NCBI GenBank assembly: GCA_965223875.1
Contig: OZ245024.1
Coordinates: forward strand, 1,675,456 to 1,739,455
Length of the DNA: 64,000 bases
Reading direction: 5' to 3'
DNA from: Candidatus Multivoradales bacterium
Lineage (GTDB): Bacteria; Acidobacteriota; Thermoanaerobaculia; Multivoradales; JAHEKO01
A program made the position numbers and the translations under genes. Shown here piece after piece: positions 45,815 to 57,090 of the stretch (position 1 is the first letter of the stretch; every line of letters begins with the position of its first letter). The notes beneath the pieces were generated by a model. That model was not told the origin of the DNA, did no database searches, and saw nothing but the letters and a program-made list of their open reading frames with translations.

Positions 45815-46744
45815 TCACGGTTCTTCTTCGGCCGCGAACGCGGATCGACTCCACGCGAGCGCCTCGAGCAATACGGCGCGACGCTGGCCGTGGCCATTCT
45901 CGAGCAGATGGAAGTTCGGCCGGAAGGAGAGCTCGCACTCGCCGGACTCCGTCGCGTCCCCACGGCCGACAGGAAGCTCCACCTCGTGCGGTCCGGCGCC
46001 GCTCAGCTCGACCTCACTGCCACTGCAGGCACTCGTCACGATGACGGTCGGCTGCTCCGCCCCCGGCTCGAGGACCAGCCTCGAAACACCTTCGACCGGG
46101 GCGGGTATCTGGACCAACATCCAGACCGATCCGATGTCGTCGATCTCGGCCACGCCGATCGCGCCCTCCCCGGCCAACCAGCGGCGCGCCAGGATCTGGC
46201 GGCCCGGGCCGGGTTCGACCGCCTCCCAGCTCTCGGAGAATCGAAACATCGGTAGCGAGCCGCTCTCGGCCACGACCACCTCTGCGGCCACGTACTCCAT
46301 GTCGTCGATCTCCTCCCCATCGACGTCGAGCGGCCAGCGGCGCCCATCGACGTCGTAGAGGCCGACGCTGAGACGATAGCGCCCGGCACGCAGCGGTGGC
46401 CCTAGGGCCGACTGGTGGAGTCGCAGGCTATGGGTCAGCGATTCGCCGGACCGCCACTCTCCGGGGAACGGGTAGTCGAAGGTCCGCAGCACCTCAACCG
46501 GCTCTTCGAACAGGTGGACGAAGACCCGCGGTGCCACGCCCTCGCCGAGCGGCGAGTGGATCGAGAAGGTCAGCTCGATCTCCCGCACCTCGGAGTAGTG
46601 CAGCGTCAGACTCGTCGGAGCCACCAAGACCGCCGCGACCGGCTCCTCCGGCGTCGCGCAGGCGACCAGCCCGGCGGCCAGGACGAGAGCGGCGCACAAG
46701 GCGGGTGAGGACGGCAGTGCCGTCGGGTTCCGGAGTCTGCTCAT
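45815..46744 (-). CDS. Hypothetical lipoprotein
   Basis: Lipobox LVAC; VFVH...D, W..GE and G.Y.L.VGLY pattern. Confidence 0.7.
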   Translation of the reverse strand: MSRLRNPTALPSSPALCAALVLAAGLVACATPEEPVAAVLVAPTSLTLHYSEVREIELTFSIHSPLGEGVAPRVFVHLFEEPVEVLRTFDYPFPGEWRSGESLTHSLRLHQSALGPPLRAGRYRLSVGLYDVDGRRWPLDVDGEEIDDMEYVAAEVVVAESGSLPMFRFSESWEAVEPGPGRQILARRWLAGEGAIGVAEIDDIGSVWMLVQIPAPVEGVSRLVLEPGAEQPTVIVTSACSGSEVELSGAGPHEVELPVGRGDATESGECELSFRPNFHLLENGHGQRRAVLLEALAWSRSAFAAEEEP

Positions 46745-46929
46745 CACGACGCGCCCATCCGCCCACGCAATTGCCGAGCCAACTCCGCCAAGGTGGCGGC
46801 AGCCGTCTGCGGTGAGTCGTCTGGTGCGCGGAAAGCCCGGCGAGTCTAGCAGCGCCTGCGGGAGGGACAAAGTCGGCTGCTAACATCCTCGCCGCGCTAG
46901 CCGAGCGTCCCCTTCAGCGGACTCCTTCC

Positions 46930-48708
46930 ATGAGCACGGACATCCTTCTCCTTCTGGGGATCATCCTCTTCACGGTCACCGCGTTCGCGCGCAACTGGAT
47001 GCCGATCGACCTGGTCGCGCTGACCAGTCTGGGGCTGCTCATGCTGACCGACCTGCTGACGCCCCAGCAGGCCATCTCGGGCTTCTCGAACGCGGCGGTC
47101 ATCACAGTGATGATGATGTTCATCCTGAGCGAAGGACTGGTGCACAGCGGGCTGGTCGCCAAGATCGGCTACCGGATCAGCAACATGCCCGGTATGTCGA
47201 TGTGGTCGGCGTCGATCCTGTTGCTGGTGGTCGTCGGGGTGCTGTCGGCCTTCATCAACAATACGGCCGCGGTGACGGTCTTCCTTCCGGTCGCGATCCA
47301 CCTCTCGACCCACTTCGGCTCGAGCCCCTCGAAGATCCTGCTTCCCCTCTCCTACACCGCGATCATCGGCGGGACGGCAACGTTGATCGGCACATCGACC
47401 AACCTCCTGGTGAGCTCGCTCGCCGAGGATGGCGGCGCCGGCTCCTTCAGCGTCTTCGAGTTCTTCTATCTCGGCGGCATCCTCTTCGTCGTCGGTCTGA
47501 TCTACAACATCCTTGTGCCGATGCGATTCCTTCCGGAGCGGACCGGTCTCTCCAGCCTGACGACGAAGTACCGCCTCAATGACTACCTCACGGAGCTCAA
47601 GGTCCCCGCGGCGTCGAAGCTGCTCGATCGAACGGTGGTCGAGGAGGACATCAGCCAGCGCCACTCGCTGACCGTGCTCGAGATCCTGCGCGGCGAGCAC
47701 AAGATCTCTCTGGACATTCGCAACACGCGGATCAAGCCGGGTGACGTCCTCATCGTCGAGGGAGCGATGGACGACATCATCTCGTTCAGGGAGCGCTTCG
47801 GACTACTGCTGCTGACCGACGTGAAGCTCGACGACGCCGATCTGAGCGACGAGAGCACGGTCCTGGCCGAGGTGCAGCTCGCGCCCACCAGCACCATGGT
47901 CGGCTCGACGCTCAAGCAGATAGACTTCCGCCGTCGCTTCGGCTGCTTCGTGCTGGCGCTCGGGCGCACCGAAGAGACGATTCGCAGCAAGCTCGCCCGG
48001 GTGCCGCTCCGCCACTGGGACACCCTGCTGGTCTTCGGTCCGCGGGCGCGCGTCGAAGCTCTCTACGGGCGCGAGGACTTCCTGCAGCTGGGCGAGGTCG
48101 ACGTGCGGATTCGTCTGACCCGGAAGTGGTGGATCGCGGCAGTGATGATCCCGGCCGTCGTGCTGCTGGCGGCGACTGGACTGATGCCGATCCTCAAGGC
48201 CTCAGTGCTCGGCGTGGTGCTGCTCCTGGTGACCCGATCGCTCACCATGCAGCAGGCCTACAAGTCGATCGACTGGACGGTGATCTTCCTGCTCGCGGCG
48301 ACCGTGCCGCTCGGTATCGCCATGCAGACGACGGGACTGGCGGACCTCATCGGCGAGGGGCTCAGCAGGGTCGGCACGGCGGCCGGACCGATGGTGCTTC
48401 TCTCGGTGCTCTACCTGGCGACATCGCTTCTCACGTCTATCTTCTCGAACAACGCGACGGCGGTGCTGATGGTCTCGATCGCCATCTCGACCGCCCAGGT
48501 CCTCGGCATCGACCCCAAACCGCTCCTCATGGCCGTCGCCTTCGCCGCCTCGGCGAGCTTCATGAGCCCGGTCGGCTATCAGACCAACGCCATGGTGCTG
48601 GTGCCCGGGAACTACCGGTTCAGCGACTACGTCAAGTTCGGGGCGCCGCTCAATATCCTCTTCTGGTTGCTCTCTTCGTTCCTGATTCCCGTGTTCTGGC
48701 CCTTCTAG
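46930..48708 (+). CDS. SLC13/CitM-like permease with two TrkA-C domains
   Basis: SAFINNT, GG..TLIGTSTN, SN.AT and PVGYQTN motifs; central soluble TrkA-C repeats. Confidence 0.93.
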   Translation: MSTDILLLLGIILFTVTAFARNWMPIDLVALTSLGLLMLTDLLTPQQAISGFSNAAVITVMMMFILSEGLVHSGLVAKIGYRISNMPGMSMWSASILLLVVVGVLSAFINNTAAVTVFLPVAIHLSTHFGSSPSKILLPLSYTAIIGGTATLIGTSTNLLVSSLAEDGGAGSFSVFEFFYLGGILFVVGLIYNILVPMRFLPERTGLSSLTTKYRLNDYLTELKVPAASKLLDRTVVEEDISQRHSLTVLEILRGEHKISLDIRNTRIKPGDVLIVEGAMDDIISFRERFGLLLLTDVKLDDADLSDESTVLAEVQLAPTSTMVGSTLKQIDFRRRFGCFVLALGRTEETIRSKLARVPLRHWDTLLVFGPRARVEALYGREDFLQLGEVDVRIRLTRKWWIAAVMIPAVVLLAATGLMPILKASVLGVVLLLVTRSLTMQQAYKSIDWTVIFLLAATVPLGIAMQTTGLADLIGEGLSRVGTAAGPMVLLSVLYLATSLLTSIFSNNATAVLMVSIAISTAQVLGIDPKPLLMAVAFAASASFMSPVGYQTNAMVLVPGNYRFSDYVKFGAPLNILFWLLSSFLIPVFWPF

Positions 48709-48741
48709 GAGGCTGGGGCCGATGCTGGAGGGTATCGGTCT

Positions 48742-48976
48742 CTGAAGCGGCCGGCGCCTCTGCCGGCCGTGGTCCCCTTCACCAACGACGGCCGGCAGGG
48801 GCGCCGGCCGCTTCAGCCTAGGTGGGAAGGACCCTCTGATCGCTCCGCGCAGTTCCGCGGCACCTCACCTACTGGGTTGGCTGGTCGTGGAGGAAATGCG
48901 TCTCTGAAGCGGCCGGCGTCTCTGCCGGCCGTGGTCCCTTGCACCAACGACGGCCGGCAGGGGCGCCGGCCGCTTC
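48742..48976. repeat. Two family-A REP-like inverted pairs
   Basis: 48742-48816 and 48904-48976 are near-identical, including the spacer GTGGTCCC...CACCAACGA. Confidence 0.88.
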
Positions 48977-48988
48977 TCTCCCCTCCCC

Positions 48989-49624
48989 CTAGATGTCGGG
49001 ATTGCGGATGAGCTCGCGGACTCGGGCGATGACCATGTCGACGGCGACTCGGTTGCGGCCGCCTTCGGGGACGATGACGTCGGCCCAGCGCTTGGAGGGC
49101 TCGGTGAACTCGAGGTGGGCGGGGCGCACCGTACCCAGGTACTGGTCGAGAACGCTTTCGAGCGAGCGGCCGCGGCTCTCGATGTCGCGACGGATACGGC
49201 GGATCAGACGCAGGTCCGCCTCGGTGTCGACGAAGACCTTGAAGTCGAGCAGCGCCCGGACCGGCGCCAGGGCGTAGAGCAGGATGCCCTCGACCAGCAC
49301 CACCGGCCGGGGCTCAAGCTGCCGCGTCTCGGACATCCGCCGATGGGTGACGAAGTCGTAGATCGGTACCTCGACGGCCCGGCCGTCTCGCAAGGCTCTG
49401 AGATGGGCGAGGAACAGCTCGGTATCGAGCGCGTCGGGATGATCGAAGTTGAAGCCCTCGAGCTCCGCCTCGACGCCCCACTCGATGTCCCGGTAGTAGC
49501 TGTCCTGGGCGAGATAGGCGATCCCGTCCTCGCCCACCGCCTCGAGGATCGACCGGGCGACGGTGGTCTTGCCCGAACCGGTTCCGCCGGCGACTCCCAG
49601 GCAGACGGCTCTCGGACCACTCAC
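48989..49624 (-). CDS. udk: Uridine kinase
   Basis: GGTGSGKTT, D.YY, NFDHP.A, EGIL, RR..RD...RGR and EPSK..AD motifs. Confidence 0.95.
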   Translation of the reverse strand: MSGPRAVCLGVAGGTGSGKTTVARSILEAVGEDGIAYLAQDSYYRDIEWGVEAELEGFNFDHPDALDTELFLAHLRALRDGRAVEVPIYDFVTHRRMSETRQLEPRPVVLVEGILLYALAPVRALLDFKVFVDTEADLRLIRRIRRDIESRGRSLESVLDQYLGTVRPAHLEFTEPSKRWADVIVPEGGRNRVAVDMVIARVRELIRNPDI

Positions 49625-49628
49625 CGGC

Positions 49629-50168
49629 TCAGGTCCACAGAGATGCCGGTTGCTCGACGCCGAGCACCTTCAGATAGGCCGAGAGCTGGCCGCGGTGATG
49701 GGCCTCGTGCTCGCACATCACCATGAGGAACTCGTCGAGCGGCCCACGCAGGCCGGTCAAGGGATGCTCCACCTCGACCGTCGTGAGCTGCTCGGCGTCG
49801 AGGCCCGAGATGAGCTCTTCGGTGACCTCCTGAATGCCGCTCCACGCCACGAGGAGCTCGTCGAAGGTCGAGCCGAGCCTCGGGTCGGCGCTGACCTGGA
49901 CGTTCGGCCGCCGGAACTCGCGCATGCGCGCCTCGCCGGCCGGCTCACTCAGGGGGACGGGGTCGTAGCGCTCGCCTTCGACCGCCGCGGCCAGCAGGCG
50001 TCTCCAGAAGACCTCGGCCTGCATCAGGTGGCGCACCAGCTGGCCGGCACTGAACGAGTCCTCGGCCGGGGCCCAGTCGAAGTGCTCCTGGGGAACGGCC
50101 GCGACCAGCTCCCTGGTCCAGCGGCGCTGCCGGCGGAAGTGATCGAGGAACCGGCTGGCGTCAGACAT
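49629..50168 (-). CDS. DinB/YfiT-family protein
   Basis: S...L..H....E and HE.HHRGQL..Y His triad. Confidence 0.9.
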   Translation of the reverse strand: MSDASRFLDHFRRQRRWTRELVAAVPQEHFDWAPAEDSFSAGQLVRHLMQAEVFWRRLLAAAVEGERYDPVPLSEPAGEARMREFRRPNVQVSADPRLGSTFDELLVAWSGIQEVTEELISGLDAEQLTTVEVEHPLTGLRGPLDEFLMVMCEHEAHHRGQLSAYLKVLGVEQPASLWT

Positions 50169-50196
50169 CTCCTGGCTCCCGGATGAGGTCCGCCGG

Positions 50197-50508
50197 CTAT
50201 CCCTTCGAGCGGCGACCGGCGACGAGGTTGTAGACCAGAGCGACGGTGAAGCCGAGCGCGGCGCCCGCGAGAGTGGCCCAGAAGGCTCCGATCACGGCGC
50301 CCACCGGCGTCACGGTGTATCCGGGGAGAAAGTGTCCGAGCAACTGGAGGTGCTCGCCGACGTTTCGTCCGCCCCGGATCAGCAGCCAGATGGTCGCCAG
50401 AAACACCGCCGTCCCGCTGAGCATGCCGAAGACGATCGCCACGATGCCGGCGCGCAGCCGGGCGATGGAGCGAAGGATGAGCTCTTCTTCCGTGTTCTGG
50501 TTCGTCAA
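50197..50508 (-). CDS. Small membrane protein paralogous to the C-terminus of the upstream oxidoreductase
   Basis: F.AT..LL..G...VG..L.LLG.F..GY.V..VG..IG aligns with the end of 50536-52374. Confidence 0.8.
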   Translation of the reverse strand: MTNQNTEEELILRSIARLRAGIVAIVFGMLSGTAVFLATIWLLIRGGRNVGEHLQLLGHFLPGYTVTPVGAVIGAFWATLAGAALGFTVALVYNLVAGRRSKG

Positions 50509-50535
50509 GATTCCGCTCTCCGACTCGATCCCGAT

Positions 50536-52374
<1,839 letters not shown>

Positions 52375-52474
52375 GAAACGACTCTCGTGGTCACAAGCGG
52401 CGCAGAGATTATCATCGGTTCGTCCGCAACCTCGGTGATCTCCACCTGCGCCCTCTCCCGTGGTCGGCGCCTAG

Positions 52475-54011
52475 GAGCCTGTCCGGCTAATGCGGTTTGA
52501 GACGGGTACGCTGGTCACGATGAGCGAATTGGGTTGCTGAGAGGCGGCCAATCGAGCTGGTGGCGCGGAAACGGCTCTCAAGGGGCCACCAAGGAGGTCG
52601 GCGGCGGCGCAAGAGCGCAGAGAAGCCGCGTCGGGGCGCCTCATGGCGCTGTTGCTCGAGCCAGCTTGAGCAGGTTGTGCGCGGTGCAGACGAGACTCCA
52701 TTCCTCGGTGACCTTCTCGGCGCCCCGCAGAAGGAACTGTCGGAATCCACGGGCACTCTTGACCTGCCCGAAGACCGGTTCGACCGTGTGCTTGCGCAGC
52801 CGGTAGCGGCTGCGGTACCCACCACACTTGAGTCGGCGTTGCATGCGTTGGGTCAGAGGGCCGTTGCGAGGACGCGAGCCGACCGGTGCCGGCGAGCCGT
52901 GCTGCTGCTTGCCCGTGGCCACGTAGCCTCGAATCCCGCACCGCTCGAGCTCGGCCAAGTTGCCTTCCGAGCAGTAGTCACAATCGGCCGACAGCTCGCC
53001 GGGATCCTGCCCGGTATGGGCCCGGATCTGTTCGACCATCGGCTGGAGCTGATGGCGGTCCGTGGCCGACTGCGTCACGCCACGCGCCACGATCACCTGG
53101 CTAGCTGCATCGACCGCCGCCTGCGCGTTGTAGCACTGCTGGAACCCATCGGGGGTCCTCATGATGCGGCTCTGCGGATCGGTGAAATTGCGCTGCTCCT
53201 TCGGCTTGGGCACTCCCGGAGGATGCTTGCGCGGACGGCCCCGGCGGGGCTTGTCCGGGTCGCTCGGGGGAGGATCCTTGCGCTGGGCCTCATCTTCCAG
53301 AGCCGCCATGGCCTCGCGAATCTTGGCCAGGCGTTGCTGCTTGTTGGCCACCCAATCCGGCAGCTCGTCACCGCGCTTGTCCTCACCGAACGCCTCGTCT
53401 TCTCGCGCATCGACAGCCTCGGCCTGCTCGAACCAACCGGCCACCTCGGCCGCCAGCTCCCGCTCCGCCTTCTGCATGCGCGCATAGCTCATCGCCTTGT
53501 GCTTGGAGGCGTTGGCCCGCACCTTCGTCCCATCCAACGCCACGTGCCCCAGCTTGACCAGACCGGCCTGACGACACAGCTGAAGCACCTGGACGAACAG
53601 CGCCCCCAAAGCTTGCAGATGCCGCTTGCGAAAGTCGCTGATGGTGCGAAAGTCCGGCCGCTGCATCGCGGTCACCGCCATGAAGTCCACCCGCTCGTCG
53701 CAGGCCCGCGCGATGCGCCGCGACGAGTACACCCCCTGGGTGTAGGCGTACAGAAGCAACGCCGTCATCATCACCGGGTGATAGGGCGGGTACCCTCGCT
53801 CCTCGGTGTACTCGCCAAGGATCGACGACAGGTCCAGAGACTCCCGGACCGTCTCCCGAACGAAGTGCGCCACGTGACCCTCCGGCACCAACTCCTGGAC
53901 CGACGGCGGCAGCAGCCAGATCTGATCTATCTCCCACGAACGAAACCTCTTAGCCATGCACTGATCTCAACATGACAAACGCCTCGTGTCGAGGATTACT
54001 CGGACAGGCTC
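52475..54011 (-). mobile_element. IS1182-family insertion sequence (1537 bp)
   Basis: TIR GAGCCTGTCCGGCTAAT vs GAGCCTGTCCGAGTAAT; CTAG duplicated at 52471-52474 and 54012-54015. Confidence 0.93.
52641..53957 (-). CDS. IS1182-family DDE transposase
   Basis: P.Y.P, SSR.I, PDFRTI..FR, LDGTK..ANAS, TDP.SR, YNAQ, AD..Y, R...VEP.FG.K and HNL motifs. Confidence 0.95.
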   Translation of the reverse strand: MAKRFRSWEIDQIWLLPPSVQELVPEGHVAHFVRETVRESLDLSSILGEYTEERGYPPYHPVMMTALLLYAYTQGVYSSRRIARACDERVDFMAVTAMQRPDFRTISDFRKRHLQALGALFVQVLQLCRQAGLVKLGHVALDGTKVRANASKHKAMSYARMQKAERELAAEVAGWFEQAEAVDAREDEAFGEDKRGDELPDWVANKQQRLAKIREAMAALEDEAQRKDPPPSDPDKPRRGRPRKHPPGVPKPKEQRNFTDPQSRIMRTPDGFQQCYNAQAAVDAASQVIVARGVTQSATDRHQLQPMVEQIRAHTGQDPGELSADCDYCSEGNLAELERCGIRGYVATGKQQHGSPAPVGSRPRNGPLTQRMQRRLKCGGYRSRYRLRKHTVEPVFGQVKSARGFRQFLLRGAEKVTEEWSLVCTAHNLLKLARATAP

Positions 54012-54998
54012 CTAGGCGCGAGAGCCGAGGTGACGCAGCACGCCGAGACCGAAGGCGGCGACCGAGTAGAGGTAGTAGAGCCAGTGGAAGGGTATCGCCC
54101 GAATGGTGAACCAGAGGCCCCCGGTCCTGGCCAGGAAGCCGTAGAAACGCCGGTTCACCACCAGGAGAACGATCGCGCAGACGGCCGAGACGACGAGGCT
54201 GCGGGGATCGATCAGAGCCCCCAGCAGGGAGAGCAACAGGATCCAGGCGGTGACGCCGCTCAGCCGGCCCTCTCCTCCCACGTTGAGGTCGCTGTCGATC
54301 CCCCCGCGTTCGAGCATCAACCGCGTCCAGGGAATGCCGCGGTCGAAGACGTCGGTCTTGAGCAGGTTCCAGAAAGTCCACTTCTTGTGATGCTTCACCC
54401 GCACCGACTTGGCGAGCAGGATGCGATGTCCCGCGGCCCGGAGGCGGTAGCCGAGCTCGATGTCCTCGATGCTCGGTCTCTCGAACCGCTCGGCGTCGAA
54501 GCCGCCGACCTCGAGGAAGACGCTGCGCCTCACCGCGCCGCAGCCGGCCCAGAAAGTCGAGGCCTCGGTGCTGCCGTTCTGGTGCACCCAGTGGTGCTGC
54601 AGGTTCTTATAGCGTGAGAGCACCGCCTCCGACGCCGGCCGGTCGTCGTAGCTGCCGAAGAGCGCGGCCAGGTCCGGATCGGCGCTCAGCGCCTCGGCGG
54701 CGAGTGACAGCGTGCGTGGCTCGACCTCACAGTCGGCGTCGATGAAGATCAGGAACTCGCCGGTCGCCTCGCGGGCGCCGAGGTTTCGAGCCCGCCCCGG
54801 TCCCAGACGTCCGCCGGTCTCGAGAACGCGCGCTCCGAAGCGCCGGGCGACCTCGCTCGAGCCGTCGGTGCTGCCGTCGTCGATGACCAGCAGCTCGTAG
54901 TCGTCGAAATCGCTGGCGCCGAGCGCTTCGAGGCATCGCTCGAAGACCTTGCCACCGTTGAAGACCGGCGTGACGACGGTGAAGAACGGGCCGCTCAC
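54012..54998 (-). CDS. Glycosyltransferase family 2
   Basis: VV.P.FN, DDGS.D, ARN.G, F.DAD, GGFD and ED.E motifs; C-terminal TM helices; GTG at 54998. Confidence 0.92.
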   Translation of the reverse strand: MSGPFFTVVTPVFNGGKVFERCLEALGASDFDDYELLVIDDGSTDGSSEVARRFGARVLETGGRLGPGRARNLGAREATGEFLIFIDADCEVEPRTLSLAAEALSADPDLAALFGSYDDRPASEAVLSRYKNLQHHWVHQNGSTEASTFWAGCGAVRRSVFLEVGGFDAERFERPSIEDIELGYRLRAAGHRILLAKSVRVKHHKKWTFWNLLKTDVFDRGIPWTRLMLERGGIDSDLNVGGEGRLSGVTAWILLLSLLGALIDPRSLVVSAVCAIVLLVVNRRFYGFLARTGGLWFTIRAIPFHWLYYLYSVAAFGLGVLRHLGSRA

Positions 54999-56284
54999 GC
55001 GTCGGCGAGCTCCCCGATCAGTCCCAGATAGCGGTCGAGATGCACGCTCTCGCTGTAGCGTTCCTCGAAGAGCTGTCGAGCTTTCGCTCCCTGCTCCCTC
55101 GGCCCCTCCCGGTCGGCCAGCGCCCGTTCGAGCGCCTGCCGTAGCTCGTCGAGCGTGCCGAAGGTCCAGCCGCCCCCCATCGTCTCCACCTGCTCGAGCG
55201 CTCCGTGGCGACGCACGATCACAGGGGTTCCCACCGCGAAGGCTTCGATGCCGACCAGGGGAAAGGCCGATTCGTAGCACAGCGACGGCACGACGACCGC
55301 GACCGCCCGTCGGTAGAGGCTCTCCAGCGCGTCGTAGGTCAGCCAACCGTGGAACTTCACGTGGTCGAGACCCCGGGCCCTCTCGCGCAGCTCCCTTTCA
55401 TAGTCCCCGGTGCCGGCGATGCAAAGATCGGCGCCGTCGAAGCCGCGGAAGGCCTCGATCAGCTCCTGGAAGCCCTTCAGGCGCTCCAGGCGTCCGACGG
55501 TGAGGAAGTACGGCCGCGAGTCGGCCGCTGCTGCCGAGCTGCCGGATCGTGACCCCTGCGAGCCGGAGCCGTCGGGGAAGGACTCGACCGGGGGGGACCC
55601 GACCGGTGGTCTGGGACCGCCGTTCGACGTCGCCGGTGCGAAGTTGGGAAGCTCGACGATCCGATGTCCCTCGAGGCCGTTCTCGAGGTGGGTGCGACGC
55701 GAGAAGTCGCTCGGAACGATGAAGGCGTCGATCTCCCGGATCGCCCGGCCGATCGCGCCGGTGTGCCGCCAGAGCTGCGGCGGCCGACGGCCCCGCAGGG
55801 TGCAACGCAGACAGGTTCGGCGCTCGCAGGCCTCGCGATCCATGCGCCAGAGAGTGTGCATCGGGCAGATGAACCAGTAGTCGTGCATCGTGCACAGCTT
55901 CACGCCGGAGCCGTAGCGCAATACCTCGGGACCGCCGACGAGCGAGACGTTGTGGTAGTGGATGACGTCGAAGTCGCCCTCTTCGAGGAGTTCCCTGAGC
56001 CGTCCGCTGGTGGCCAGCGGGCGACCGGCCTGATGAGCCGCCAGAAGGTCGAACCGCCACGCAGATCCTCGCCGCAGGCCGTGGTGGACGATCGATTCGT
56101 GATCGCTGTAGTCGCCGTCGGGATCGGAGCCGTTCATGAGCCTGAAGGCGTCCGCGTCGTGCACCACGTGCACCTCGTGCCCCTTCTCGACCAGCGCGTT
56201 GGCGAGTCGCCGAACGTAGACGCCGTCGCCGCCGAAGTTGTACGGCGGGTAGAAGGTCGTCACCATGCAGATGCGGTAGCTCAC
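54995..56284 (-). CDS. Glycosyltransferase family 4
   Basis: YPP...GG, HDY..ICP, GRL...KG and E..P.V..EA...G.PV motifs. Confidence 0.92.
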   Translation of the reverse strand: MSYRICMVTTFYPPYNFGGDGVYVRRLANALVEKGHEVHVVHDADAFRLMNGSDPDGDYSDHESIVHHGLRRGSAWRFDLLAAHQAGRPLATSGRLRELLEEGDFDVIHYHNVSLVGGPEVLRYGSGVKLCTMHDYWFICPMHTLWRMDREACERRTCLRCTLRGRRPPQLWRHTGAIGRAIREIDAFIVPSDFSRRTHLENGLEGHRIVELPNFAPATSNGGPRPPVGSPPVESFPDGSGSQGSRSGSSAAAADSRPYFLTVGRLERLKGFQELIEAFRGFDGADLCIAGTGDYERELRERARGLDHVKFHGWLTYDALESLYRRAVAVVVPSLCYESAFPLVGIEAFAVGTPVIVRRHGALEQVETMGGGWTFGTLDELRQALERALADREGPREQGAKARQLFEERYSESVHLDRYLGLIGELADA

Positions 56285-57000
56285 GAAACGAGTCGGTCCA
56301 GCAGGTCGGGTAGCTGCGCGATCGACGGCACCGTCCAGTCGGGCTCGGGGCCGTCCGTGTAGTCGCTCTCGATCCAGATCGTACCGGTGCCGGCCGCTCG
56401 GCCGGCCGCCACATCGCTAGCCTTTCGATCTCCGACCATCACCGCTGCGCTCGCCGTCACACCCAGCTCGGAAAGAGCGCTGCGAACCATGTATGGCGAG
56501 GGCTTGCGATGGCCGGTGTCGGAGCTGAAGCGGAAGGTGTCGATATGGCGGGCGAACCCATCCCGATCGAGCACCTGCCGGTAGAGCGCGCCGGGGAGCG
56601 GGATGTTGGAGATCAACGCGATCGCGAAGCCCTGTCGACGCAGCGACTCGACCGCAGAGAGGGCATCGGGAACGGGCCGCAACGACTCGGCGTAGGGAGC
56701 GAACCAGCCCGAGAGCAGCTCCCCGGCGCTCGCCGTCGTCCCGCAGAACTCCCGAAGCGCCTCGAGATGCGGCGACATCTCGGCCTCGCGACCCCTGCGG
56801 TAGCGCTCCCGGTACTCGTTGCGCCAGGGATCGAAGACGAGGCGCTCGAGATCATCGGACGTGGGTCGGCGCTTCCCGGCGGCGAGCCGCAGCATCACCT
56901 GGCGGCCCCGGAAGTCGAGGACTCCCGTGGGCAGGCCGTTCGAGCCCTCCATGTCGAGGAGCACACCTCCCATGTCGAGCAGCACGGCGTCGAGCTTCAT
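56281..57000 (-). CDS. HAD-superfamily hydrolase
   Basis: LDMGGVL, ISN, KP and VGD...D...G..AG motifs. Confidence 0.88.
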   Translation of the reverse strand: MKLDAVLLDMGGVLLDMEGSNGLPTGVLDFRGRQVMLRLAAGKRRPTSDDLERLVFDPWRNEYRERYRRGREAEMSPHLEALREFCGTTASAGELLSGWFAPYAESLRPVPDALSAVESLRRQGFAIALISNIPLPGALYRQVLDRDGFARHIDTFRFSSDTGHRKPSPYMVRSALSELGVTASAAVMVGDRKASDVAAGRAAGTGTIWIESDYTDGPEPDWTVPSIAQLPDLLDRLVS

Positions 57001-57019
57001 CCTCGCGTCCTCTCTCGGG

Positions 57020-57090
57020 CAGCCCTATCGCTGGCAGCCCAACAACCCAGTCGTCGACAACCCTATCGCTGACAGCCCTATCGCTGACAG
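57020..57090. repeat. 15-bp tandem repeats copying the mutM 3' end
   Basis: CAGCCCTATCGCTGR at 57020, 57058 and 57073, with a degenerate copy at 57043. Confidence 0.7.
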
